Positions 52,354 through 64,000 of a DNA stretch of 64,000 nucleotides are shown here, one piece after another. How positions within the stretch are numbered: position 1 is the stretch's first letter; each line of letters begins with the position of its first letter. The translations under genes and the position numbers were made by a program. Below the pieces are notes generated by a model. That model was not told the origin of the DNA. It searched no databases and saw only the letters and a list, made by a program, of their open reading frames with translations. Source of the DNA: Octopus sinensis (taxonomy: Eukaryota); assembly GCF_006345805.1 (NCBI RefSeq), contig NC_042999.1:40672001-40736000 (forward strand), read 5' to 3'.

Positions 52354-52550
52354 AGTTTTGTCTCCCACTACTGCTTGACAACTTGTGTTGGTGTGTTTAC
52401 GTCCTCGTAATGTAGCGGTTGGGCACAAGTAACCGATAAAATAAAGTGCTGGTCTTTAAAACAATAAGTCCTGTTGTCGATTTCTTCGACTAAAACCCTT
52501 CAAAGCGGTGTTTCAACATGGCCGCAGTCAAATGACTGAAACAAGGAAAG
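52056..52550 (+). mobile_element. SINE family A containing an 81-bp nested insertion (52092-52172)
   Basis: 15-bp duplication aagaagcttgctttc at 52077-52091 and 52173-52187. Confidence 0.88.
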
Positions 52551-52783
52551 GAAAATACATATGAGCATATATGTTTTACTTATATTTGGGTGTGTCTGGG
52601 TCCCTTGGTTGCTGAGCATAGTGTTGCTAGATATAGTTTTCATGTTGATTAGACCTGGAGTGCATACCAACAATTGACCCGTGCCTTTCTTTCATGGCAT
52701 CGTCGATTTTGGAGGACTCTTGATTCTCGAAATAATCTTCTTTCTCATTTGGAGATAATCTCAATCGCCATTTAGCAATTATA

Positions 52784-53044
52784 AAAAAATAAATAAACGC
52801 GCCCTTTTAAAGCCTAACCAGGCTCATGGGCCCGGTTTCCCGGTTTCTATGGCGTATGTGCTTCCCAGCTGGACGGGACGCCAGTCCATCGCAGCGTTAT
52901 TCATTTTTGCTAGCTGAGTGAACTGGAGCAACGTGAAATGAAGTTTTTGCTCAAGAACACAACGCGTCGCCCGGTGCAGGAATCGAAACTACAATCTTAC
53001 GATCATGGTGCTGACATCATAACCACTAAGCCACGCGCCTCCAC
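52784..53044 (-). mobile_element. SINE family C3 (C head, different tail) with TSD
   Basis: catttagcaattata at 52769-52783 and 53044-53058. Confidence 0.9.
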
Positions 53045-53385
53045 ATTTAGCAATTATAGGCAACCCTTTTCGAAGCGAACATGGTTTTGAATCTAACAAG
53101 GTATGGTATTTGATGTACTGGACCACCAGCGAAGGGGAGCACTGATGGCCCTGGTCGACTCTACGCACGATGACTTCTCTAGGGCCACTTACCTAACACC
53201 CCAGACCCTTCAATCAAGAACATGACGCAAGAAGCAAGCAAGTTGTAAATACCTGTATATGTTCATGTTGTTCATGCAAATGCCACTGGTCAACTTGAGT
53301 TATTTCCCTTACCTCATTCGTTTGCTTAAATCTCACACACATACACATACGGACGCTTATAGGTAAGAGTGCCTGTATACATACA

Positions 53386-53779
53386 CTAACAGTATCGCCC
53401 GGCGTTGCTCGGGTTTGTTTCGACCCTTTAGAATTGGAATTTTTGAAAAGTAAAAATTTTGCATTATGTAGCTTGTTAATATCTTTAAGTGAACCTTTTT
53501 CTGGTCGAAATACACCGAAAAATGGCGACATGGCAGTCAAAACATCGTAAAGAAATAGGGATTTTCATAGACAATAAGCACCATGTTGATGTAAATAATT
53601 TTTGGTTTTAACATGGTCCGATTTGAATTTTTTTCTTCTACGGAAGGAAGAGCAAGCATTCTTCAATCATACTTTCAATTTTGGTCAACTTGCGCCGCAG
53701 GGTCTCGGAGGAGATAGTGTTAGTTGAAGGCTACCCAACCTGGCATACACAGACAACTTCAGCTTAATATAGAGAGAGA
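53386..53779 (-). mobile_element. Non-autonomous Helitron
   Basis: Minus strand has a TC 5' end and 3' aaacccgagcaacgccgggcgatactgTTAG, matching the end of 20352-20746 except CTAG>TTAG. Confidence 0.82.
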
Positions 53780-53881
53780 TTTGTGAGTCTAGGTAAATGA
53801 GTATATGAGAGAGAGAGAGAGAGAGAGTGTGCGTGTGTGTGTGTGTGTGTGTTGGTATGTGTGTGTGTGTGTTTGTGTGTG

Positions 53882-53924
<43 letters not shown>

Positions 53925-54596
53925 GAAACCTGCGGTTGTTAAATTCATGGCAGTTGTAACAGTTGCATTGCTGACGTTCAATGACGGAATGATGATAAGT
54001 TAGATGCGTTGGATATCGGTGATGTTTAGTATTGCCAGTTGTTGATTCTGGCAGTCGTCTGGTCGTTTGTTATGCTAGTTGATGATAACCGGTTGCGGGT
54101 CTAAGAGGTGTTAGAGGTGGCGCTGTCGAAGCCGAGGTAATGATAACGGTGGTACCGCGTTGTTGTTGTTGTTATTGTTGTTATTGGTGTTGGTGGTGGT
54201 GGTGGTGGTCGGTTTCACGTTGGTGGGTAGTGGAATATAGAAAGGATATGACGGCAAACAAATGAATAAAAGAAGTATTTATTATCAAGGCATGAAGCGT
54301 AGTTTTATTTTGTGAGGATGTTATTGCAAAACTGGTTAACGTTTGGCAATAGGCCATTTCAAAACCTAACCCATTGCACATGGTTGAATGGCCAGCGAGT
54401 AGCGCACATATACACGCGAAAAATAAGCGCACGCATATGCACGCACCCGTGCACACATATGTTGCTTTATCTAAATATGGACCCTCTCACTCTCTTTCTC
54501 TCTCTCTCTCTCTCTCTGATATATATATGTGGGTGTGGTGTAGATAGATATATATATAATATATATATAATATATTATATTATATATATATAACAA

Positions 54597-54821
54597 GGCG
54601 GCGAGCTGGTAGAAACGTTAGCACGCCGGGCGAAATTCGTAGCCGTATTTCGTCTGTCGTTACGTTCCGAGTTCAAATTCCGCGAGGTCGACTTGCCTTT
54701 CATCCTTTCGGGGTCGATAAATAAGTACCAGCTACGCACTGGGGTCGATGTAGTCGACTTAATCCCTTTGTCTGTCCTTGTTGTCCCTCTGTGTTTAGCC
54801 CCTTGTGGGTAGTAAAGAAAT
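54597..54821 (+). mobile_element. SINE family B, full-length, in (TA)n
   Basis: Consensus match. Confidence 0.93.
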
Positions 54822-55586
54822 ATATATATATATATATATATACACGGGTACGCATATACATATATACGTGAATATGTGTGTGTGTGTGAGTGTGTGGATT
54901 TTGTGTATGTGTACCGCTGTTTATATGTTTTTATATACTCACATATAGGAATCTAGGTATCTTGTGTGTATATCTATAACTATATATATATATTCATCTC
55001 TCTATTTATTTTTATATAAATGTATATATACTCATATACATACATGAATATATATATATATATTCTACGCTTACACACACACACGCGCACAACATGCCTA
55101 TATATATAATATATATATATATATATACACACAATATGCCTATATATATATAATATATATGTATATATATTCACAGACGCACACACACATGCACATATAG
55201 TGTGTATATGGTGATAGAAATAATAATTTAAAGGTTGTAGGATCGTTCTTCGTTTCTATAAAACACGGGAAACATCGCCTGACGAGCTGTAATGTAGTGA
55301 AACGAGTCTTTCTCCTAATGTATTGTCCTTAATATCAATAATGCAGTAATATAGTCAAGATACTAACGTGTTCGCTCCTTTCTTTGATAGCAGGATTCAC
55401 TATTTTCGTTGCATATGCATGTATACGTATGTATGTATGTATGGATGGATGGATGGATGGATGGATGGATGGATGGATGGACGGATGTATATACGTGTGT
55501 GTGTGTGTATATATGTATACAATATATATATATGTGTGTGTGCGTGTGTGTGTGTGTGTGTGTATGTGTGTGTGTGAATTGGAGAG

Positions 55587-55740
55587 GGACTGGCTGTGTG
55601 GCAAGGAGCCTTCTTGCCAGCCATACGCTTTCGGGCCCCGCCCCACTGCTTGGCACGTTAGGCAAGTATGTTTCTATAGCCTCGGACGGACCAAAGCCTT
55701 GTGAGTGGATTTGGAAGACGGAAACTGAAAGAAGCCCTTC

Positions 55741-55817
<77 letters not shown>

Positions 55818-55989
55818 GTGTGTTTCTTTGTGTCAGTGTTTGCCGCCCACTCCACCCCAGCATCACCGTTTGAAAACCGGAATTGGTGTGTTCTCACAAC
55901 TTAGCGGCAAAAAAAGACCGATAGAATTTGTTCGACTAAAAACTTGAAGGTGGTGTTCAAATAAGTGAAACAAGTAAAAGAATAAAAGA

Positions 55990-55990
<1 letters not shown>
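55587..55990 (+). mobile_element. SINE family A, diverged
   Basis: Consensus match. Confidence 0.85.
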
Positions 55991-56077
<87 letters not shown>

Positions 56078-56080
56078 GAT

Positions 56081-56130
<50 letters not shown>
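55990..56130. repeat. (GATA)n microsatellite
   Basis: Directly visible. Confidence 0.95.
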
Positions 56131-56524
56131 TACATGACCAGCGGCTGGTTCCTCTTTCTCTTCCTTTCTTAGACTGGGCCCTTAGTTGACCAGTCGCAAA
56201 TTCAGTCTCTCTGTTCTCCATCCTTCCAACAATTCTCGTCTCCGTAGCCCCTTTCTTCGATTGTTCGTCCTTTTCCACCGTCCTAAATCCCTTTCTGTGT
56301 CGTTTTCCTTGTTTTGTTTGCCCTTGTCCCTAATTCTACGCAAAAAAATTTCTTCTTTTTTTTTTTGCGTGCTCTGTCAACTGGAGAGCACTGGGTCGAA
56401 CCGTTGAAGGTGCGAAACTGAACCATTTGTTGATAACTGATGAAAAATTATGGACCTTCTGTTTTTCTCCCGTTCGTTTTTACATTAAGTATACGTTACG
56501 TCGTTTGTTTCTCTTTTTTTTTCA

Positions 56525-56920
56525 CTCTCTTTTACGTGTTTCAGTCATTTGACTGCGGCCATGCTGGAGCACCGCCTTTAATCGAGCAACTCGACCCCGG
56601 GACTTATTCCTCCTGTAACCCCAGTACTTATTCTATCGGTCTCTTTTGCAGAACCGCGAAGTTACGGGGACGTAAACACACCAGCATCGGTTGTCAAGCA
56701 ATGCTAGGGGGGGGGGCAAACACAAACATACATGCACACATATATATACATATATACGACGGGCTTCTTTCAGTTTCCGTCTACCAAATCCACTCACAAG
56801 GCTTTGGTTGGCCCGAGGCTATAGTAGAAGACACTTGCCCAAGGTGCCACGCAGTGGGACTGAACCCGGAACTATGTGGTTGGTAAGCAAGCTACTTACC
56901 ACACAGCCACACCTGTGCCT
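56525..56920 (-). mobile_element. SINE family A
   Basis: Consensus match. Confidence 0.93.
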
Positions 56921-57419
56921 ATAAACAAAATAATGAGTTACCGCAGAAGCGTCTATTTGGTTGCTTGATTTATTAGAAATAGCAGCCAAGTTTCCCTCCA
57001 ATCATTCCATTCAGTAGATAAACCTACAGGAATGAAAAGCAAGATAATCCCGGCGAGACTCGAACTCAAAGACAACGACGCAAAGAATAATTGTCTGTCA
57101 CTCTTTCACTTCCACCACCGCACCAATTTTTATACATTTCTCATTTATATATGCATATAGAGAGTTTAGTAGAGTTAGAGGTAGGAATAACAGTCTAAGG
57201 GATAAAAGTATCCATTATACTACCGATATAATTACCTATGTTAACACTGGACATACGTCTTAAGCTCATAGATTACAGATAATGACATAGATATACATTG
57301 GTTTATCAGGAGTCAAATTTAAAATAAACAGAAAATGAAAAAATATTGATCAACAACAACGGACCTACATCGATGAATTGAACTGTCGTCTAAATTACCC
57401 AAAATTAAAAATTACACTG

Positions 57420-58167
57420 ATATTTCATTTTAACAGATATTTTAGCAAAATTACATAGAAATATTTTAAATAAAATCGCTATTGGCTTCTACCACGGTCT
57501 CCGGACTACTTCGAAAATCTCCTGCAGCTCTTCTGGACGGTCTCTTTGTTTAAGTTGGTAAATGCTGCCATAATCCTTGCATTCAGTTCATCTTTGTTGT
57601 TACAAGGAATTTTGTTGGTGGTCTCTCGCTCATTTGGGAATCTCGCTCAACTTAATAATAATTAAGGAGGTTGCAGTCTGAGAAGTTAGGTGGTCAGATG
57701 TTAGGGGTGATGTGGTCGGACAATTTGCCTGGCAGCTATGACTGGGTTCTCCTGCTTGTGTGGCGTTGCCAAACGTAAGTTTTTTCCACTAGCCACTCTA
57801 TTGACCCAAGGCAACACTCTTTTCTCCAGGCACTTGATGTAGGCCTCCGTGTTGAGTCTGGGCTCTGTAGGAAGATAAATGGAGGAAAACGTCGCCATCT
57901 ATAGTGATCACTCCAAACACCATGATGTTGACTGGATGTTTGATTTTTATCATTCTCGGTACATGTTCATATTGGTACATTTCCGTACTGTAGCTTCCGG
58001 GGCGAATGCCAAGCAATACAGCATGTCTCCAAATTTCTGGTAGAGTGAATTGCCTAATGATGCTGTTTTCCTCACAGACGGTGCCCAGCTAAGCCTACTA
58101 TACTGTATAGTTAACAAAATCAAATCAAATAATGTGTCTGCGCAAGTATAAAATGGCGATATATAAC
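57420..58167 (-). mobile_element. Decayed, internally deleted Tc1/mariner-superfamily element (maT/DD37D-like)
   Basis: Reads KIKHPVNIMVFGVITIDGDV, RLNTEAYIKCLEKRVLPWV and PPNFSDCNLLNY (compare WPPNSPDCNPLDY). Confidence 0.75.
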
Positions 58168-58431
58168 CTCCTTTCCTTTTGCCCATGATCACTTCACTGC
58201 CGGACGTGGGCCTCAGCATGGTCTCTCCAACAACTACGATCTGATGTATAGGCAGTGAATTTGAGCTTGAAATCATACAGGTTTGATGAGTCTGCTTTTT
58301 TATGCTAGTTCGGCGTGGCTTGGCAGAGGGATGCATTTTTTTTTATACCCATTCCCAAAGTAGTTAAAACGAATACATATAAGTGTATATATATATATAT
58401 ATATGTATATATATGTGTGTGTGTGTGTGTG

Positions 58432-58685
58432 TGTGAGGTATGTTTGCTATCTCAATATGGCTAACCACTAACGGTGGGTGTTACTGTAGCTTGTAGCCCC
58501 AGGAGAACATCGTCTCTAGCTGGCTTTAGGCACACTTTAGGCCTAAAGCCAGCTGGAGACGATGTTCTCCTGTGGCTACAAGCTACAGTAACACCCACCC
58601 TTAGTGGTTAGCCATATTGAGATGGCAAACATACCTCACATTGTCGTGCAGTTACTGTTTATACCTCGTTCAGAGATTTATTATG

Positions 58686-58688
<3 letters not shown>
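58432..58688. mobile_element. Fold-back element with ~100-bp arms and a ~48-nt extension, between (TG)n and (TA)n
   Basis: Arms at 58432-58531 / 58541-58640; related to 39380-39554. Confidence 0.78.
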
Positions 58689-58750
<62 letters not shown>

Positions 58751-59797
58751 CAGGGTGTTCCAGAAGTCATGGGCACATTTCAAGTCCTCATATCTGCTGC
58801 ACTATGATTAGTAGTAAGATGAAACTGATATCATTTTAAAACTAAATTCATTAAGTTTTTTGTAATGCTAATGACTTTTTCATATTTTTTCAGATCCAGT
58901 AATGGCGTTCACTCAACCAGAAAAGGCCTCTTGCATCCTTTAATTTGCAAAAACTGAACCATGGACACTTGTTCAACGTGAATTTTGCACAAAATTCCGA
59001 AAAGAGGCATCATAAAGGAAGTCCATATTGAGATGGCATGGTAAATTCATGAAGGATGGGTGTTTGTACCCAACTAAGAGAACGGGACGCCCCTCAACTT
59101 CAGCTGATACGGTTGAGCGAGTTCGAACTGCCTTCGAGCGGAGTCCCCGTAAATCGGTCAGAAGAGCCAGTAGGGAACTTCAGCTTCCTACAACAACTGT
59201 TTGGCGTATCTTAAAAAGACGACTGCAGATGACACCTTACAAGCTACAGTTAGTCCAACATTTGCAGGACACTGATAAACCAGCATTGCAAGTAAAGTTG
59301 AAAAATGACGGATTCGATGACCGGCTTGTTTTTAGCGATGAGGCGACCGACCTTCCACGTAAATGGCAAAGTTAACAAGCATAACACTCGCATATGGGGT
59401 ACTGAAAACCCACATGGACTTTTTGAGCATCAGTGAGATTCCCCAAAGGTAAACGTGTTTTGTGCCATGTCCAAGAAAGCTGTCTACGGACCATTATTCT
59501 TTGAAGGAGCAACAGTCAATGGTGACACGTACCTCGACATGCTGGGAGACTGGTTAATGGATAAGTTGAGTGAGGAAGAGTCTGACGACTTCATTTTCCA
59601 ACAGGATGGGGCCCCCACCGCACTGGAGCCTCGGGTTAGAAACACAACACTGCCAGACAGATGGATTGGACTGTCTGGGCGAGATGATCGAGTTCTCATG
59701 CCCTGGCCTCCCAGGTCTCCAGATGTCACACCCTGCGATTTCTTTTTTTTTGGGGGGGGGGGTGAGAAAGGACTGGTCTATGTGCCTCCCCTTCCAA
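58751..59797 (+). mobile_element. Tc1/mariner-superfamily transposase pseudogene (rosa/DD41D-like), 3'-truncated
   Basis: TA|CAGGGTG start; reads RSPRKSVRRASREL, PYKLQLVQ, FSDEAT, IWGTENPH, GPLFFEGATVNG, FQQDGAP, PDRWIG, WPPRSPDVTPCDFF; has stops and frameshifts. Confidence 0.88.
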
Positions 59798-59819
59798 AAG
59801 ACTCAAAGAAACAAGTATA

Positions 59820-59973
59820 TACTACTAATATTACTACTACTACTATTACTACTACTACTACTACAAGTACGTCTACTACAACTACTACTACTGCTGCTAC
59901 TGCTACTATTACCACCACTACTACTACTACTTGGTTTGTTTTCCTTCTTATATTTCCTTTTTATATATTCTTA

Positions 59974-60011
<38 letters not shown>

Positions 60012-60022
60012 ATAGCAGTAGA

Positions 60023-60057
<35 letters not shown>

Positions 60058-60088
60058 TAGTAGTAGTAGAAGCAGCAGAAGCAGCAGA

Positions 60089-60126
<38 letters not shown>

Positions 60127-60160
60127 TAGTAGTAACAGCACCAGCACCAGCAACAGCACG
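59820..60160. repeat. (CTA)n then (TAG)n/(CAG)n microsatellites in opposite orientation
   Basis: Directly visible. Confidence 0.92.
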
Positions 60161-61023
60161 AAGAATGCATGAATAGTTAATCTTGTTCTCATCATATGAA
60201 ATATGATCCCCTAAACAGGACACGTTAACAAAGGCCAGAACAATACTGAGTTCGTTTGAATAGAGTCACGGCCATATTTTATTTGGAACGAGTTTGTTTG
60301 AGTGAATCGACTCCCATCCAGCATAATGCATCTGGACGAACAGAGAGAGTGAAAGACTGAGAGAAAGAGAGAGAGAGTGTGTAGGGAGGGACAGAAAGAG
60401 GAAGAGAGCGAAAGGCAGAGAGAAATGAGAAACAGAGAGAAATGATAGACAGACAAGCAGAGTAAGAGAAAGAGGAAGTGGGATTATAGCTATTTCTGTT
60501 CATTTTATTTTTGCTGTTCAGTATTAGGTAAACCCTGATTGACCATGCCTATGATTAAATGCACTCCAGATGTAACCATGTTTTAAATTTTTTCGGACAA
60601 TTAGAGTTGCTTTTATATAATGTGTCTTTCCCTTCTTTAAGGAGAAAGGGTGTAATTTAAGATAGAGTTTGACTGCTATTTCAAGCAGGTTAATGGACCA
60701 CTTTAAAGGCTCTCTAACTTCTCTGCGGAGGTGGGTTAAAAATATAACTGTTTTTAACTGTGATTTGAATCTAAACTCAGAGAGAGAGATACAAATGAAT
60801 AACGTGTTTTTGAGAAAATGCAATGAAATTGTTTCAAATTTTGATGTAAGGTCAGCAGTCTTAAAGGGTGTGGTTAGTCAATTACATCTACCCAGTACTT
60901 GACTATTTTTTTTTTGCTAATTGAACCGAAAGATAAAGATAACATCGATAGGACTGGAACTCGCAACTTAAAAGATTCCAAAGAAATGCAGCTAGACATT
61001 TTGACCTAGGCGGTAACAATTCT

Positions 61024-61686
61024 TATTTCTTTATTGCCCACAAGGGGTAAGCATAAAGGGGACAAACAAGGACAGGCAAACGGATTAAGTCGATTACATC
61101 GACCCCAGTGCGCAACTGGTACTTATTTAATCGACCCGAAAGGATGAAAGGCAAAGTCGACCTCGGTGGAATTTGAGCTCAGAACGTAACGGCAGACGAA
61201 ATACCTATTTCTTTACTGCCCACAAAAAGGCTACACACAGAGGGGACAAACAAGGACAGACAAGCGGATTAAGTCGATTACATCAACTGCAGTGCGTAAC
61301 TGGTACTTATTTAATGGACCCCGAAAGGATGAAAGGCAAAGTTGACCTCGGCGGAATTTGAACTCAGAACGTACCGGCAGACGAAATACCGCTAAGCATT
61401 TCGCCCGGTGTGCTAAGGTTTCTGCCAGCTTGCCGCGGTAACAATTCTTATTTCTTTACTGCCCACAAGGAGCTACACACAGAGGGGACAAACAACGACA
61501 GACAAACGGATTAAGTCGATTATATCGACCACAGTGCGTAACTGGTACTTATTTAATCGACCCCGAAAGGATGAAAGGCAAAGACGACCTCGGCGGAATT
61601 TGAACTCAGAACGTAACGGCAGACGAAATGCCTATTTCTTTACAACCCACAAGGGACTAAACACAGAGAGGACAAACAAGCACAGA
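61024..61686 (-). mobile_element. SINE family B multimers: a TSD-flanked dimer (61024-61434) and an adjacent truncated multimer (61449-61686)
   Basis: gcggtaacaattct at 61010-61023 and 61435-61448. Confidence 0.9.
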
Positions 61687-61715
61687 GCCTATTTGGATGT
61701 TAGACGTAACCTATC

Positions 61716-62127
61716 GGCGAGCTGGCAGAAACGTTAGCACGCCGGGCGAAATACTTAGCGGTATTTCGTCTGCCGTTACGTTCTGAGTTCAAATTCCGCC
61801 GAGGTCGACTTTGCCTTTCATCCTTTCGGGTTCGATAAATCAAGTACCAGTTACACACTGCATTTGATGTAATCGACTTAATCCCTTTGCCAGTCCTTGT
61901 TTGTCCTCTCTGTGTTTAGCCCCTTGTGGATAGTAAAGAACGAGGTATTTCGTCTGCCGTTACGTTCTGAGTTCAAATTTCACCGAGGTCGACTTCGCTT
62001 TTCATCCTTTCGGAGTCGATTAAATAAGTACCAGTTACGCACTGGAGTCGATATAATCGACTTAATTCGTTTGTCTGTCCTTGTTTTTGTTCTCTCTGTT
62101 TAGCCCCTTGTGGGTAGTAAAGAAATA
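61716..62127 (+). mobile_element. SINE family B dimer with 14-15-bp TSD
   Basis: agacgtaacctatcg at 61702-61716 and 62128-62142. Confidence 0.92.
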
Positions 62128-62651
62128 AGACGTAACCTATCGCTTGATTTAACACCACTACGTAGAATCTTGAGTGCTTTTAGTGAAGTATATTTTGGTT
62201 GCAAGAATTCAGCCCAGGTTTCTGGATTGACAGTACTTCCCCCGTTTCCATCAAATTCGGTGGCCCTGCAAAACGTCATGGGAACTGCGATCCCACCTAA
62301 CTAAGAGATCAGAGAAAGATGTTGCATTAAAAGTTAATATAATTACTGCTTCTGCCTTTGTACCTTTGAAGGAAGATTGATGAATAGCTGCATGCAGTAG
62401 CAAGCTCGTTGCTACAAGAACTTCAAAGATAAAGACACATGTGCTGGCTGTCAACGGAGCCAACGAAATGGAAGATAAGTTTCTTCTGTCCTCACAGTAA
62501 TTTAGAACCATCTTCAAGGAATGGAGAAGACCGAATGAATAATCAGGAGTCAGCTAACCCTCTATTACCAAGTAGTGGATAGGATTTACTGTGTAAATAA
62601 AAATATGAACTTTTACTGATATGACATGAACCACAGGAGAAACTAAGACAG

Positions 62652-62730
62652 TGTATGTATGTATGTATGTATGTATGTATGTATGTATGTATGTATGTAT
62701 GTATGTATGTATGTATGCATGTATGTATGT
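62652..62730. repeat. (TATG)n microsatellite
   Basis: Directly visible. Confidence 0.95.
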
Positions 62731-62785
62731 TATGCATGGCATTATTCAGTTTTCTTTCAAGATTTCTTGCCAATAGAGAAAGAGC

Positions 62786-63362
62786 CGTGGGACGTGGACC
62801 CTGTAGAGGAAACAAATGCGAGTACTTGACCAATTCCACCTCCGCTGCTTGCGACGTATCATAGATATTTCCTGGGTGGACAGAGTTTCCAACACTGAGG
62901 TGCTTCGCAGAGCCGAAATGCCAGGGATCGAAGCCCTCATCATGAAGGTATAGCTCCGGTGGGTCGGACAAGTAGTCCGAATGGATGACGCGCATCTACC
63001 AAAGATGATCTTCTTTGAGCTGGCTTCTGGAGCAAGAAACCCTGGAAGGCCACTGAGGTGATACAAGGACAGCCTGAAAACTTCCCTTGAGGCCTGCCGC
63101 ATTTCAGCCCGTGGCTGGGAATCACTTGCCTCTAACCGCGGCGCCTGGCGTCCAGCTGTCCAAAAGGGTGTTAGGCTGTTCGAGGAAAAGCGCCTCAAGA
63201 GCCTGGACCAGAAGCGACAAGCCCGAAAAGAGAGGATCCCCAATCCTACTTCTACTGTTACGTGCCCAAAACGTAGCCGCGTCTGCGCATCCACCTTTGG
63301 GCTCCGCTCCCACCTCCGGAGTCACTGACGTCATTGTCGAACCCCGACAGATTTCCATTATC
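62786..63362 (+). mobile_element. RTE-clade LINE 3' end with a degenerate C-terminal C2H2 finger
   Basis: Reads [83 protein letters not shown]. Confidence 0.9.
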
Positions 63363-63517
63363 ATGTATTTATGTATGTGTATGTGCATGCGTAGATTTGT
63401 ATGTTTTGTTTCATATATATATATATTCATGCATATAGTTACATGTCTCGACATGCTCATATATACGTAAATGATAAAGGTCTGGAAAGTTATACAAATT
63501 TTTATGCATGTATATAT

Positions 63518-63628
63518 GTCATTATTCAGTTTATTTCAAGATTTTTTGCCAATAGAGAAAGAACCGGTTTCTAACCAAGATCCAAAGTTCCTTCATTGGA
63601 ATTTCAACATCAACAACAGGGTATTTTC
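63518..63628 (-). mobile_element. Short repeat associated with (TATG)n; partial second copy at 62738-62787
   Basis: cattattcagttt...ttcaagattt.ttgccaatagagaaaga.ccg is shared by both copies. Confidence 0.6.
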
Positions 63629-64000
63629 GTATGTATGTATGTATGTATGTATCTATGTATTTTTCGTATGTATGTATGTATGTATGTATGAATAGAAAGG
63701 AATGCCAAAAGAAAAAAATATGAAATTTTCTTAAAAGCATTCATGTTATAAAGTACCTGATGAACTTTGCTGTTAATTAAGAAAAAAATTAATCAAATTA
63801 TTGCTAACATGTACATATGTGTGTGTATGTGTGTGTGCATGTGTGTGTGTGTATTTGTGTATGTTTACCAGTGTGCCTCAACATACATACCCCGCACACA
63901 CATACACAGACACATATACATACATTGTTATATATTTCTTTGCCGTCGTACTTTTTGAATAATGCCGAATTAATCAAACATTTCCTAGCACGATGTATTA

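Noticed and set aside
55275-55315. CTGACGA...GAAAcgaGTC hammerhead core
   Set aside because: The core is canonical, but stem II is mostly G-U pairs and no stem I can be formed.
61024-62127. CRISPR-like or satellite array
   Set aside because: The units are ~180-bp SINE segments with TSDs, there are no unique spacers, and the context is eukaryotic.
62190-62640. Complex sequence with an 88-aa minus ORF and a FWIDST motif reminiscent of BEL/Pao RNase H
   Set aside because: The similarity does not extend beyond a few residues.
63555-63605. Hammerhead-like CCAATGA...GAAAccggTT on the minus strand
   Set aside because: It has two core mismatches and no stem I.

Overview
This is an AT-rich, microsatellite-saturated, gene-poor animal genomic segment with a 100-N scaffold gap at 42911-43010. 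The SINE families resemble those I recall from octopus (coleoid cephalopod) genomes; that assignment is from memory, not a database result. I cannot support any intact host gene, and almost all ORFs in the track are translations of simple repeats or SINEs. The window is a dense mosaic of decayed mobile DNA. It holds about 40 tRNA-headed SINE copies (several modular families, some with clear TSDs), R4/Dong-type LINE pieces sitting in (TAA)n arrays, and RTE and L1/Tx1 fragments. DNA transposons include four Tc1/mariner-superfamily relics, a hAT MITE and three non-autonomous Helitrons. The most striking signal is about ten unrelated short elements carrying minimal type-I hammerhead ribozyme (HHR) motifs, often in (TA)n arrays and often arranged as asymmetric fold-back palindromes, which is the architecture of Penelope-like elements (PLEs). 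The best candidate for an undescribed system is a TSD-flanked palindromic element that joins a tRNA-Ile-like Pol III head, an (AAT)n spacer, a hammerhead and a PLE-type tail (23690-24216, with a second copy at 41903-42109), i.e. a putative Penelope-mobilised, ribozyme-bearing SINE. A ~460-bp inverted duplication of neighbouring DNA around a PLE-like stub (24723-25889) and SINE multimers with a fixed junction (61024-62127) are also notable. All alignments and folds were done by eye, so boundaries are approximate.
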